NCBI GenBank assembly: GCA_000091205.1
Contig: AP006502.2
Reading direction: 5' to 3' (one strand)
Length of the DNA: 64,000 bases
Origin: Cyanidioschyzon merolae
Taxonomy: Eukaryota
Position numbers and translations under genes: made by a program. The notes under the pieces are model-generated. The model saw nothing but the letters and a program-made list of their open reading frames with translations. It did no database searches and had not been told where the DNA came from. Shown in pieces: positions 1 to 11,005 of the stretch. Within the stretch, counting starts at the first letter, position 1, and every line of letters begins with the position of its first letter.

Positions 1-1836
1 CTCTAAACCCGAGAAGGCACTGCTTCGTGCCGGGCTCAGGGGCATTGTCGCCCGCCGCTGCTGCCCTGTCCTGCGACCGGTGCGCCGAGTGAACAACGCT
101 ATTCGCAGTGACGCATGAGAAACACCGACCCGAGCGCTGCACGGCCTTTCTATGGGACAACGACAGATGACTCAACCGTGTTGGTTTCCGATCGTAAAGC
201 GCAGCTCATATGACGGAACCACAGCACTGCTCAAAGTATCCGCTCGCACACATTCTATATACGCAGCGGAAGCAAGAAAACTCGATGGACGTGCGCGAGG
301 TGCTCGGTACATGCATGTTAGAATAGAATGGAAAGAAACAACGTACTTAAGACGGGCGTATGCCCCAAGTATGGGATCTCTTCGCACGGTCATCGACAAC
401 AGCCTCTGCGAGCTTGCTCTGACACTGATTCCTATTAAACTTTCTTGTATGCGGCTTGATATAAGCGGGTCTCTCCTTCCCCTGTAGCGCCGTTGTGAGC
501 CGTCGAACGATGTGCATGGCAGTGCCCAAGTCCCGATTCCGCCGATTCCAGCTGTCGTCAACACAATCATGCAGAGACGCAAGATGCGATATACGCCTCG
601 TTTGCGATGTCCATCTTCTTTGTAGACACCCTCGATGCGCCCTTCTCAGATCTGCGACTTGACTGAACTCAGGTGCGTTCATATGACCGTCATACAATAT
701 CTTCCATCTCAGAGGGCAACCCTGTGGCACGTGAACACTTGCCTCATCGTTTCGGTACGTGCTCTTGACAGGTGCAGAAGGCTCTTTTTGATGCCGTCCA
801 CTATTTCCGCATCCGGTGTCGTACTCTCTGATCACGGGCTTTTTCCGGGAGCTGCCCTTCGGCGATTACTTTGTCCGCAGCCAAAGCAAGCGTACGCTGT
901 CTCATGCGATCGAGAATTTACTTTGCACGATACTGCCCGTAATGCAACAACTAACGGAACAAGAATCTAGGCTGGAAGTCAAGTCCAAAAATTTCCACCC
1001 ATCTACCTTCCCTTCCTGCCGAACAGTGGTCACACACGCTGCACTGGAAACGATCACTGCAATGACCCGAGTCCGCGTCCAAGACCATTTCCATGCAAAC
1101 AGAAGAAACGGGCGCCTCTGAGCACATATCCCATGACAGGTATCGGGTTGGTGTGGAATGCGGTTTCGTCAAAGGCCAGAGAGCGTGAGATTTGTCGTTC
1201 GAGGGAACTCAATCGTTCGATTTGACAAGTTCAGTGAACGCTCGATGTCAGCGTGTGGGCAAGTCAGCAGACGACATCGAGTACCTCTTCGGTCAATGCA
1301 GGTACGCGACTGCGCGGAAACGAGAAGAACCCCAGAATGGAACGCGCTGCGCGCAAGGAGAAACGCAGAGGCTTGTACATATGAACTCGATGATGATATC
1401 GATTATTTTACGAACCCCAGGTTCAGGGCAACGCGAAACGTCTTCATTCCAGTAACGTTACGTATTCCAGTGGCAACGAGTCGAAACAGATACTCCGAAA
1501 GCACCACCACCAAGCATCCTAAAATGACGCATACAACAGTGCGCCCTTCGTGCTGCACACTGAATCTCCAGGCTGCACATCAAAGCAACTTCGGAAAAAG
1601 TCGAAACCCAGGAACCGACCAAGCTGTTCAGGATTCCTGTTGAATATGATGCGGGTCTAAGAGACGCACGTCTCCGCGGCAAAGACACCGTGGGTACGCA
1701 TGGATCGCCGACCTCGCTTCACCGACACGAGTCTTTGCCGACAAGCGTCGCTTGTAGACACAGCGTCAACGCTTTGAACTGCCTGGAGAGATCCATGGCG
1801 CGTAAACGTCGGTACCTAGCCAGTTCAACACAGGGA

Positions 1837-4323
1837 TTAAGGCGCCACTGCGAGAATGCCGCGGACTTGGCTGGTACGATCACCAGCCTGCGAGCGATGC
1901 ATCCACCGACCGCAGTCCGGTCTCTGAATCTCCACGAATACTTCGGTTCGTGGACCAACTCGCTCAAGTACGACGTGTTGACACCAGCTTCGTATTGTCT
2001 CGGGACGACAACACGCATCCGTCTCGAGACGCAGTGTTACCAAAGCCCTATCCCAGGTCACAAAACAGATACGCAGGGAACGCATTACCGTGTGCCCATC
2101 GCTCAGGAGTGGATGCTGGAACAGCTCTGCAGTGAGCTTCCTCTGCTGGCGCTCCGCGTAGACACCCGCCAGCAATTCGTAGCACTGACGGACGCACGGC
2201 ATGGTCGTCACGAGGATGAGGCTGGCAATTAGCATCGAACAGACCGGATCACTCCAGGCGAGTCCCTGGTAGCGCACTAGAATACTGGTGATGATCACCC
2301 CGATGCTACCGAGGGTGTCGGCAAGCAGATGAAGGTACGCTGCCCCCATGTTTTGGGCACCGGCAGAACAAGATTCTCTCAGGTGATGATGATGATGATC
2401 ATGATGATCATGGAGCAACCACAGTCCCAGGATGTTCACTGCCAAACCTATACAAGCTACCGGCAAAAGCGGCTCCACCTGGAGCGGCAATGGTTCCACG
2501 AGCCTCCACAGCGCCTCTAACCCAATGTTGAGCGCAACCAGGCTGAGCACCAGAGCGTTGGTATAGCCGGCAAGCACTTGCATCCGCTGAAGACCGAACG
2601 GAAAGCGGCGACTTGGCGGAAGTGCCGCTCCGTAGGAAGCCAGCAACGCCAGGAGCAGCGCGGAAGCATCCAGCAGCATATGTGCCGCGTCCGACACCAG
2701 GCTCAACGAGTGCGACCAGCTCCCACAGACAAACTCTATCGATGCATATGATAGGTTCAAAAGCAAGGCGAAGAGCATTTTCCGTGCCTCTCGATGGTGT
2801 CGCACATGAGCCAAAAAGCGATACCAGTGGTGCCGCCAACGTGATCCAGGAGCGTCAAACGACGTCTCGACGTCGTATTCGCGGAAAAACTCGGAATCGA
2901 ATACGTCGCGTCCTTTATCGAGGCACTGGTTAGGCATCCACGGATCCAGAGCACATCGGTGCGCGGCAATCGTTCGCATACCCGAAAGTTGTGAAGCGTT
3001 TTCACCAGGTTCCGGGAGTTGATGGTTCCGCTCTTCACCCGCAATGCTCGTCAGTCGCTGCGGAGTGGCATCGGATTTTTGGCGGAGGCGCTGCACCAGC
3101 CACGATAGGATGCTTGCACTCGGCACCGTCAACCAGTACAGATGAAGTTCATAGCAACAGGCGGAAGCCTCGGTTTCTGGCAAACCCAAGTTAAACAAGA
3201 ACAATAACATAAACACGAGCGCTGCAAACAAAACCGGCGTCATGGTCTGAAGCTGCTCCAGGGGCTCACCGGGCGCGCTTCTCGTGAACCACGCCAGACA
3301 CCAATCCGCGGTGATGAGCACGCCCAAACGAAAAAAGAATACACTAAATTGAGCGATGCTTCGAGATTGTAAATGATCAACGAGGTAATCTTTGGGTACG
3401 CGTCTGGTCGGCAGCATCGCAAACAGGAAATGGAAGAGTCCATAGAGAACTAGCGCTGCGGTGGTAGCGATGAGGCGTCGGTGTGCTCGTTCCCGTCGCC
3501 GCAACAGCAGCGCGTATTCACCGGGCTCTCCTGCCATGTCCTGTTCGTGGCGCTGCTCTAGAAAGTGAGCGAGGGCAATATACAGAAGACCGATACCCAG
3601 GAGCGCTTTGTCGGTGACATCTCCCCAGAGCGTACTGTTGCCCGTGGCCTTGCTGGCAATGTAATCGCACGGCTCCCGGAAGCATTCCCAGAGCATCAGC
3701 GCCATCAGCACCACAGCTGACACCAAAGCAGCAATTGCGTCATGAAGGAGGATGGAGCGTTGTCTGTATCGCCAGCAGAGCGTCAGCGCCCGGAGCAAGG
3801 CGAGACCAGTTTGATCACAGAGGAGCACCAGCTGGGTGCCCTCTACTGCAGATCCGCAAAGTGCTAGTTTTGAAGCCGCCAACGTTACGCCTATGATATA
3901 TAAAAGCCGAAACCGAAGCACGTTGCTCAAGTCCAAAAGCCGGGTAAACCGTCTGGGTGCCGCCCGCTGAGCTCCTTCGCGGCGTTGCAGCAGCAGCAGC
4001 AGCCGTCTGTGCTGCTGCTGCTGCTGCTGCTGCAAGTCATGAACCCCAAAATCGGCATCTTCGCCAAGATCCATGACAACAGCAGCACCGTTTTCTATTC
4101 CCGTTCGGTTTACCCAGAGGCTTTGTGGCCGTATCCTTTTCACCAACACCAACAGGGGAGCGAGTCCGCAGGCTCCGACGAGACCCACCAGCCCGAGCGC
4201 TGCAAAGAGCAGGCCCACTGCGCCCGAGTCTGCTGGGTGCACCAGCGCGCTTAGGCCACAGGCTTCGGCGATCCGACCAACTTGAAACAGCAGACCGAGT
4301 TTGAAAAGCTGAACATCCATCAA
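1837..4323 (-). CDS. Cation diffusion facilitator (ZnT/SLC30-like) zinc transporter with a long N-terminal multi-TM extension and polyQ/polyL tract
   Basis: The C-terminal half carries CDF signatures: 'SWSHSLSLVSDAAHMLLD' (TM2 signature, ~2680-2740), a His-rich loop 'HDHHDHHHHH' (~2385-2415), and 'HLLADTLGSIGVII' (TM5 HxxxD). The N-terminal ~500 aa holds several hydrophobic helices, as in ZnT5/Msc2-type CDFs. It is an 828-aa uninterrupted ORF, and a (CAG)5...(CTG)8 tract at 3988-4034 encodes the Q/L run. Confidence 0.7.
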   Translation of the reverse strand: MMDVQLFKLGLLFQVGRIAEACGLSALVHPADSGAVGLLFAALGLVGLVGACGLAPLLVLVKRIRPQSLWVNRTGIENGAAVVMDLGEDADFGVHDLQQQQQQQHRRLLLLLQRREGAQRAAPRRFTRLLDLSNVLRFRLLYIIGVTLAASKLALCGSAVEGTQLVLLCDQTGLALLRALTLCWRYRQRSILLHDAIAALVSAVVLMALMLWECFREPCDYIASKATGNSTLWGDVTDKALLGIGLLYIALAHFLEQRHEQDMAGEPGEYALLLRRRERAHRRLIATTAALVLYGLFHFLFAMLPTRRVPKDYLVDHLQSRSIAQFSVFFFRLGVLITADWCLAWFTRSAPGEPLEQLQTMTPVLFAALVFMLLFLFNLGLPETEASACCYELHLYWLTVPSASILSWLVQRLRQKSDATPQRLTSIAGEERNHQLPEPGENASQLSGMRTIAAHRCALDPWMPNQCLDKGRDVFDSEFFREYDVETSFDAPGSRWRHHWYRFLAHVRHHREARKMLFALLLNLSYASIEFVCGSWSHSLSLVSDAAHMLLDASALLLALLASYGAALPPSRRFPFGLQRMQVLAGYTNALVLSLVALNIGLEALWRLVEPLPLQVEPLLPVACIGLAVNILGLWLLHDHHDHHHHHLRESCSAGAQNMGAAYLHLLADTLGSIGVIITSILVRYQGLAWSDPVCSMLIASLILVTTMPCVRQCYELLAGVYAERQQRKLTAELFQHPLLSDGHTVMRSLRICFVTWDRALVTLRLETDACCRPETIRSWCQHVVLERVGPRTEVFVEIQRPDCGRWMHRSQAGDRTSQVRGILAVAP

Positions 4324-4873
4324 AGGCGGTCAGACTGTTGCCATAGCCAGCTGCAAGCGGAGGCTCGAGGAGAGCGGCGCCAGCACCTCCTGGGGTAAAC
4401 CTAATGGAGGCGCGCCAGGCACCAGGTCAAATTCCTGGTACTGTGGTTGCGGTAACGAGCGCGGGGTACACAACGATGCTGCATAGATATTTTGTTTCCT
4501 TTACTGCTTCTTCGGAGGCTGGTTCCTAAATGGAGTGCAGCCAACAACGCTCATGACGCGTTGCGACTGGAATAGCGCTCTCCTTGGGCCTCTGAGCAGG
4601 TCTCCGGGTGGAACGGTGGCATGTGCGCTTGTGCAAGTATATACATAATTGCTCATGTATGTACAGATTGGTGCACACGGTGGTTCCTCGGCTGCAGAAC
4701 AGTACCCTATTGTATTGTTGCGCTTGCGCTTCCCTGGAACGCACCCAGCAGTATCGTCTGGTCCAGAAGCAGCTGTAGAAGCGCTCAAGAGCTCTATAGG
4801 CGCTCAGTGCCTGCTAGGCAACGAATCAGAGTAGGCGCTGACGCCTAGCGCTGAGCGCGGGGCCGAACACGCC

Positions 4874-6610
4874 ATGCGGCAGCAGCAGCAGCGGGCTCCG
4901 GTGTCCGCGCCTCCGCGTGGTACCTGGGCTGGCGCTCGGGCCCGCAAAGCGTGGAACGACCGAACGCTCGTATCCGCCGCCTTCGTCACGAGTAGTTTTT
5001 CTAGTCGTCGTCGTCGTCGTCGTTGTCAGTACTATGGTCAAACTGAACCCTTGTGCTTATCGCTGCTGCGACGCATCGACTGCCCGCACTGGGAAGCGTG
5101 CGCCGGCTGCACGCTACAAGACGCGACAGCGCAAGCAAGACCACCTATTTTCGAGCAAGTTGCAACGTTCTTCGCTGAAACCTTCGGATACCAGTTACCT
5201 GAGCCAGTGGTTGCGTCGAGTTCTCATCACTGGCGAACACTGGCCAAGCTCGCGGTTCGATGTGCACCAAAAACGCCCCACCAGAACAGGGTGGACAAAG
5301 TGCGCAGCTGGGCGCCACAATTGGGCCTGTTTCGAGCAGGTACTCATGAGGTCGTCGCGATACCCGAGTGCCAAGTACATCACGCTGCCCTGAACAAGGC
5401 GTTCAAGTGCTTGGAATGCGTTCTTGCCCGTTCCGCTGTAGCAATCTACGATGAGCGTCGACCCCGGCTGGAGTCGCTGCGCTACGTTCAGCTGGCCGTT
5501 GAACGCCGAACCGGCCGGGTGCAGCTGGTACTTGTCGGGTATCGGGAGCCGACCAGCCAGCCGGTTGCACCATCCCGACGGCGCACTGATGCCAGCTTGC
5601 TGACACCCACCTGGCGAATGCTCTGCGACCAGCTCTGGGAAGAGGGCAAGCGCTTCGGATCCAAGCAGCAGTTGTGGCATTCGATATGGGTGCATATGCA
5701 CGCTGGGCGAGGCAATGCCATTTTTGCATCGGCACATGAAGCGAGCCAAACGGAGACCGCCCAGTGGCAACAGGTGTACGGTGACGCGCCGTTTATCATC
5801 GACGAACCTCTGGCTGGTGAACCAGGCCCGGTGATGGTGCTCCCACCGTTCGCTTTCCAGCAGGCGAATCTGACTGCTTACCGGGCGATGTTACCGCTGA
5901 TCGGATTCTGGTGTATGCAGCCGCTGCCTAGCAGTGTCCAGCGACGCTGCAACGTTGCCGCGATGACCAGTCAGCCACAAGTCGGTACCGTGGCATCCAG
6001 GTCGATGCCAGTGCTCCGAATCGCCGAGTTCTGTGCGGGAGTCGGCTCGATTGGGCTCAGCGTTGTACGGCAAATGCAACAATTGCCGAATGCTCCTGCA
6101 CACATCTACCTCTGGGCGAGCGATATTCATCCGGGTGGCCAGGTTGCGTTCTGGGAAACAGCACGCCGTAATGGCCTTCTTGACGAACGGGTGAGGTCCG
6201 CACTCGAGCTGCGCTACCAAGTCGGGTCGCTGACGGCACTCGCACAGCGCGTCCATGACCCGAAGGTTGCGGCTTCGATCGTGATTGCGGACCCACCGCG
6301 TGCAGGTCTCGGACCAGTGTTCATCAGTGAGGTGCTGGGCAAAGCGTTGACTCCGTCCGCCACTGATGATGCTGCATCGAGTCGTCTGGAGCGCTTTATC
6401 TACGTGAGCTGTTCGATGTCATCGTTCATGCGGGATGTGCGACAACTGGTTTCTTTCGCACCGAATGATCGCAACAGAGACGCTTCTGAGCCGACGGTGT
6501 GCTGGACGTTACGTCACGCCCAACCGTATTTGTTTTTTCCTGGTGCAGATCACTTGGAAATGGTAGCTGTGTTTGACCGACAGGTTCGAGGACGTTGTCG
6601 GATGTCGTAA
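4874..6610 (+). CDS. RumA/TrmA-family SAM-dependent RNA (uracil-5)-methyltransferase, probably organelle-targeted
   Basis: Fe-S cluster motif 'CPHWEACAGCTLQD' (~5081-5110), SAM-binding 'IAEFCAGVGSIGLS', motif IV 'IVIADPPRAGLG' (~6285-6310) and C-terminal 'YVSCSMSSF', which carries the catalytic Cys. The N-terminus is Arg/Ser-rich ('SSRRRRRRC'), which fits a targeting peptide. Confidence 0.8.
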   Translation: MRQQQQRAPVSAPPRGTWAGARARKAWNDRTLVSAAFVTSSFSSRRRRRRCQYYGQTEPLCLSLLRRIDCPHWEACAGCTLQDATAQARPPIFEQVATFFAETFGYQLPEPVVASSSHHWRTLAKLAVRCAPKTPHQNRVDKVRSWAPQLGLFRAGTHEVVAIPECQVHHAALNKAFKCLECVLARSAVAIYDERRPRLESLRYVQLAVERRTGRVQLVLVGYREPTSQPVAPSRRRTDASLLTPTWRMLCDQLWEEGKRFGSKQQLWHSIWVHMHAGRGNAIFASAHEASQTETAQWQQVYGDAPFIIDEPLAGEPGPVMVLPPFAFQQANLTAYRAMLPLIGFWCMQPLPSSVQRRCNVAAMTSQPQVGTVASRSMPVLRIAEFCAGVGSIGLSVVRQMQQLPNAPAHIYLWASDIHPGGQVAFWETARRNGLLDERVRSALELRYQVGSLTALAQRVHDPKVAASIVIADPPRAGLGPVFISEVLGKALTPSATDDAASSRLERFIYVSCSMSSFMRDVRQLVSFAPNDRNRDASEPTVCWTLRHAQPYLFFPGADHLEMVAVFDRQVRGRCRMS

Positions 6611-6654
6611 ACGCTGCGCCTGTATCGCGAATGCAATTTCCAGCGGTTGCTAGT

Positions 6655-6687
<33 letters not shown>

Positions 6688-6688
6688 G
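6655..6688. repeat. (CAG)11 microsatellite in the 3' intergenic region; an inverted (CTG)9 lies at ~6938-6965
   Basis: The sequence 'cagcagcagcagcagcagcagcagcagcag' is 45 bp downstream of the TrmA-like stop. The CTG run at 6938-6965 lies at the 3' end of the convergent 6902-11005 ORF. Confidence 0.9.
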
Positions 6689-6901
6689 CAAGCTGCTCTC
6701 GAGTACGACACCGGTGAGCACTTTCCAAAGCGTCTTTGGCGATACCCGAGCGTGTCGCGCAAATCCAACACTCAGTCACTGCAAAAGTAGCCGGCCTGCA
6801 GCAGGAGCTTTGCCCAGTTTCAGGTGCAGTGCCGCGGATGCTGGAATCATGCTCCTCGTTGCTCGTGCTCACTCGGCGCATCGACAGGTCAATGGCGAGC
6901 C

Positions 6902-9900
6902 TCAGAGACTCACGGTGGCACTGGTTCGAACCAGGATACTGCTGCTGCTGCTGCTGCTGCTGCTCATCTCGTCGAACATCGAGTCATCGGTGTGAACACC
7001 AGCTGACACCGCCTTGCGATGCGCTCGTGTCGGAGACGATAACGCCGCCTGTCCCGATGTATACGCCGCTGCCGCTGCTCCTCGTGTTCTTTGCGGATGC
7101 ATGAGGTCACTGGAACGCCTACCCTCGCGTCCTGGACGCAGCAACTCGTGTTCAGCGGCAAAGTGGCCACGACGGTAGCGGCCGCCACGGCAACCAATAC
7201 GATGAATATCCCGGCGATCGACGTGCCGCCTCGACAACACCGCTGCTGCCTTTCCTTGTGCATCTTCTTCATCCTCCTTTGCCTCTATCTCTATCTGAAT
7301 CGCTGCCTCTGCCTCTGTCGTTGACGTGTGCATCGAACGTCCACCACTCTTGTCGCCAAGGCGGCGGGGCGATCGACGGCGCCTGCCCTGTGCGTTGAAA
7401 CAAGGATCGGCACACAAGATGCCGTCTTCACCCGTATCGACGTCTTCTTCGTCTTCGTCTTCACGATGGTGACGATCACGACCATCATCGGTGTCGCCGA
7501 ATGTAATCATCCAGGGGATATCGCCCAAGATACCGTTTCCAAAAGGCCCGAGGTCGTGTTCCAGTGGATCACCGGTCCACTGCCACCACTTGGGATCGAT
7601 CACGATATCGCCGTCACCGAGATCATCCGACTCCGGCCTGAACGGTGACCACAGACCACTCGACTCGTCCGAAGACGATAGTCGTAGTAGTTCTCGTTCA
7701 TAGGCATCGATCTGTCGCATACGCTGGAGATGACGATAAGCAAATGCCAACTGGCCCAGGTTACGCGAACGCTTTCGACGCTGCTGCCTGCGACAGGATG
7801 TGCGTCGCCCGCTACGCACTCGTTCCGTTGCTTCGGTGAGCGCTGTGGCGGAAAGCATCGGAGGCTCGGAGCGTACGCTCTCGCGACGATGTCGCTTAGG
7901 ATGCCTGCGTCGAGCCTCGCGATACACTGGTGACGCATTCTCGATATGGTCAGCACCACAATTACGATCATCGTCATCGTCATCAGTCAAGCTTTTCGGG
8001 GTTGCAGCTCCAGCACCGTGTCGTACCTGCGCTGCACGCCATGTTGCTGCTGCTCTTGGCGGTGGCGAGGGCAGGGCATGCTCACACGTCGCTACTGCCG
8101 TTGCCACTGCCACTGCTGCATGATCGAGGTGTTCACGCACGCTACCAGCATCCGGTGGTTGTGCTGTATCACCGCCAGCTTGCACTGGTATTGGCGTTCG
8201 TTCAAGCGCTCCAGTCGGTTCCGTTCGTGCGGAAACGGTACCAGATGCAGGCATCGTGCCAATGGGCGCACTCAACGCATCTTGTACCGTTGACGGTGCA
8301 ACGTGCGGCACGTGCTCATCAGAAACACCGGTTACCGATACGTCGCGAGTGTCATCATCGGATATCTTTGTCGAATCTCTTCCGGGCGCTGATCTCTCCT
8401 CAGCGGATTGCAGCGGTGTTGCCGCGGGATCCCTCACCGTCGCTGCGAGATGTCGGCCTACTGCTTCGATAATGGTGTCGACGCTGACCATGTTGGCAGC
8501 AGGGTCGGTAACAGCCTCGGAAGATGCGGCACGCTGATCAGCGACCTGCGCAGTGCTCAGTACGGGATCCGTTCCGGGATGCTCACCAGGTGTTGGGGCA
8601 GCTGCAGCTAGCGCCGCTCCAATATGTCTCCCCGGAACAACCAGGTATCGTCGATGAGCGGCCGAGGACGCACTTGCACCTAACGAAGGCGCCTGTGGCG
8701 TGACGTCCACGCGTAAATCCGCTGTTGAAACTGCCTCCACGAATGCCTCTGGCGTTGCTTCCGTTTCCTGACGCAGTGCCTGGTGTGGTATAAGCAACAC
8801 GAGGCCGTGTGTCGTTTTGATCGAGGTAATCGTAATGCGCTGATCACCGGCGTACGCTGGCAGCGTCGCAGTCGGTCCAATCGTTTCCGCTGATACCGGT
8901 CGATACTCTTCGATGCTGCCAAAGAGCACGCCTTCTGCCTCACTGGAGCTGGATACATCACTCTCCGCGGAGGATACGTCCGCTGCCGCATCGCTGCGCG
9001 ACAGCGCATGCTCAACATCCGTCACAGAGGCACAGTCACTGCACGAACAAGTGATGTCGAGGTGCTTGTACAGCTCGACCTCTGCTTCCAGACACTGGCC
9101 ACAGCTGCACGACACGCCATGCGCGGCGATGCACCGGTACTCGACGCCGTTCGAGAACATCGCTGTATCGCCAGTGATGCCTGCAACCAGACCGTCTGCA
9201 ACCTGGGGAATTGCTGCCAGGTCTGGCAGCAAGAGTCGAGATGCTTCATCGTCAAGGAGCAGGGCCCGTGCGTCCGTGTTCTCATTCTGGATCACTGTCC
9301 CGGAGGATGGAGCCCCGCGCTCGGGAGCACTCGCTGCATTGGGACCGGATGCACCAGCTGCGGGGCCGAGTTTGTCACCCAGCTGCTGAATCGTAGCCAT
9401 TCCAGCAAGCGCAGCACGATTCGGGACTGCAGTGGACCCGGTTCCATGCCCCAGGTTCAGATCCTGGCCAGTGTAGACTTCGCAATCCGGATGCCTCAGG
9501 AGATAGGCTTTCAGATTTTTGGCCAACGGCGACGCATTTCCCGAAATTTTCAGCTTCTTCACTCGATTCCATATGGGTACGTGCTCGCCGAGGCCTCCGC
9601 TCCCACTGCGCGCATCAAAAGAGCGTAGACGGCCCTGTTCATCGAGATCTTGGCCACAATATACTTCACAATTGGTGTACTTTGCTAAGTATTTGCGCAG
9701 GTTTTTCGCCAAGGGTGCAGCGTTGCCGCTGATTTTGCGCAACTCTTCGCGGTTCCAAATAGCGACCCGATCCTTCGCCCGATACTTGATGGTTTCTTGA
9801 TTCTGGGGAATGGACACTACGAGAATGACGGGATCCGCGAGATCACCATTCGAACCGGGTTTCTCTACAAAGCGCACATTCTGCTGGACGAGCGATGACG

Positions 9901-11005
9901 GCGTCGTGTCGAGCGCGGGGCGCCATGCAGACTGCTCTGGGGCAGCGTTCATGTTCGTTACAGTAGTGCTGTTCGTTTCCGTATGTGCGGATTCGGTGCT
10001 CCCCGGAGCACCACATGTATTGGAGGATGGTTCCGAATCCGCGGCTGGAGGTGTGGACGGTAGCTCGCAGGCTGCGCTTGCCCCGGTAGCCGCAGATTCT
10101 CCCGTTTGTGCAGGCGTCAGTGCCGAAGCGCTCGACATTTCAGGGATTCCAGCGGCACCAGTGCCTGCAGTGCGCCCTAGTGCACACGCTGGAGGCACTG
10201 CATGGCTCGGCGATAGCTGCGAATACTCGTTTGCCGTGTTTCCTGCTGGATCGGTGACGTCAGACTCCAGCATCGGTGCTTTGCGTTCATGAGCTGCAGT
10301 TTTCGAGCTGCCTTGTATTTCGCTTGCGCTTCGTAATCGATTGTTCTCTACGTTGCCCACAGAAGCGTTCGACAATTCGGTGAGCTCTGGGGTATTTACC
10401 GCGAGGGGCGTATCCGCATACTGGACGCCCTCGTCGGATCGAACTGCTGCCGTTTCTTGCTGGTCCTTCTCAACGTCCGGAGAACCGTCTCGAACAACAA
10501 CCTCCCCTGCTTCGTCTCCAGTTGGAGCTTGTGCAGCCTCTACAGATTCCAGCACCCTTTCAAGCGCACTCTCCCGTGCAAATGTTGATGGAGGTCGCTG
10601 TGGATTGCCTCGCACGGCATCCGATACGATTCGGTTCGCATCTGTGTCTGCGCAAGCATCCACCGTTACACATTCAGCCGGCACTTGAACTTGGCGAGCA
10701 CCGCGCTTCTTTTCGATGCTGATACGTTCTGCAATTGTTTCAGTTGTTGGCTCCAAAGTGCCCCTAGCGTCATGCTGCTGACAGTTGATATTGCTCCATG
10801 GTGCACGAGCAACCGAAGGTAGCGTTCTCCTAGCGGATACGCTCACTCGGGTGGCTGCTTTTCGGGTTAGGCCACTTGTCTGGGTGCAGGCCTCGTCCGG
10901 CGGTGCGTGCACCAGGGACTCCAGCTCGACACCCGGGCATCCACTGCTTGGCGGACTCATCGGAACCCCATCCGAAAACTCAGTGGCTTGTTCAAGCTCG
11001 GTCAT
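6902..11005 (-). CDS. Large (1367 aa) low-complexity Ala/Ser/Pro/Thr-rich protein with a tandemly duplicated ~40-aa module and a Cys-rich segment, function unknown
   Basis: Uninterrupted 4.1-kb ORF. It has a duplicated module 'IWNREELRKISGNAAPLAKNLRKYLAKYTNCEVYCGQDL' / 'IWNRVKKLKISGNASPLAKNLKAYLLRHPDCEVYTGQDL', a Cys cluster 'CIAAHGVSCSCGQCLEAEVELYKHLDITCSCSDC', a poly-Asp run, a basic 'RRQQRRKRSR' stretch, and a poly-Ser C-terminus from (CTG)9 at ~6938-6965. Confidence 0.4.
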   Translation of the reverse strand: MTELEQATEFSDGVPMSPPSSGCPGVELESLVHAPPDEACTQTSGLTRKAATRVSVSARRTLPSVARAPWSNINCQQHDARGTLEPTTETIAERISIEKKRGARQVQVPAECVTVDACADTDANRIVSDAVRGNPQRPPSTFARESALERVLESVEAAQAPTGDEAGEVVVRDGSPDVEKDQQETAAVRSDEGVQYADTPLAVNTPELTELSNASVGNVENNRLRSASEIQGSSKTAAHERKAPMLESDVTDPAGNTANEYSQLSPSHAVPPACALGRTAGTGAAGIPEMSSASALTPAQTGESAATGASAACELPSTPPAADSEPSSNTCGAPGSTESAHTETNSTTVTNMNAAPEQSAWRPALDTTPSSLVQQNVRFVEKPGSNGDLADPVILVVSIPQNQETIKYRAKDRVAIWNREELRKISGNAAPLAKNLRKYLAKYTNCEVYCGQDLDEQGRLRSFDARSGSGGLGEHVPIWNRVKKLKISGNASPLAKNLKAYLLRHPDCEVYTGQDLNLGHGTGSTAVPNRAALAGMATIQQLGDKLGPAAGASGPNAASAPERGAPSSGTVIQNENTDARALLLDDEASRLLLPDLAAIPQVADGLVAGITGDTAMFSNGVEYRCIAAHGVSCSCGQCLEAEVELYKHLDITCSCSDCASVTDVEHALSRSDAAADVSSAESDVSSSSEAEGVLFGSIEEYRPVSAETIGPTATLPAYAGDQRITITSIKTTHGLVLLIPHQALRQETEATPEAFVEAVSTADLRVDVTPQAPSLGASASSAAHRRYLVVPGRHIGAALAAAAPTPGEHPGTDPVLSTAQVADQRAASSEAVTDPAANMVSVDTIIEAVGRHLAATVRDPAATPLQSAEERSAPGRDSTKISDDDTRDVSVTGVSDEHVPHVAPSTVQDALSAPIGTMPASGTVSARTEPTGALERTPIPVQAGGDTAQPPDAGSVREHLDHAAVAVATAVATCEHALPSPPPRAAATWRAAQVRHGAGAATPKSLTDDDDDDRNCGADHIENASPVYREARRRHPKRHRRESVRSEPPMLSATALTEATERVRSGRRTSCRRQQRRKRSRNLGQLAFAYRHLQRMRQIDAYERELLRLSSSDESSGLWSPFRPESDDLGDGDIVIDPKWWQWTGDPLEHDLGPFGNGILGDIPWMITFGDTDDGRDRHHREDEDEEDVDTGEDGILCADPCFNAQGRRRRSPRRLGDKSGGRSMHTSTTEAEAAIQIEIEAKEDEEDAQGKAAAVLSRRHVDRRDIHRIGCRGGRYRRGHFAAEHELLRPGREGRRSSDLMHPQRTRGAAAAAYTSGQAALSSPTRAHRKAVSAGVHTDDSMFDEMSSSSSSSSSILVRTSATVSL

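Noticed and set aside
1690-2232. 180-aa + strand ORF 1690-2232, and others such as 49344-49868 and 51856-52125, overlapping confidently assigned genes on the opposite strand
   Set aside because: These are shadow ORFs, typical of GC-rich coding DNA, and have no motifs of their own.
6902-11005. Splitting the 1367-aa low-complexity ORF into several smaller genes
   Set aside because: A single uninterrupted frame of 4.1 kb is unlikely by chance even at this GC content. It is kept as one tentative gene at reduced confidence.
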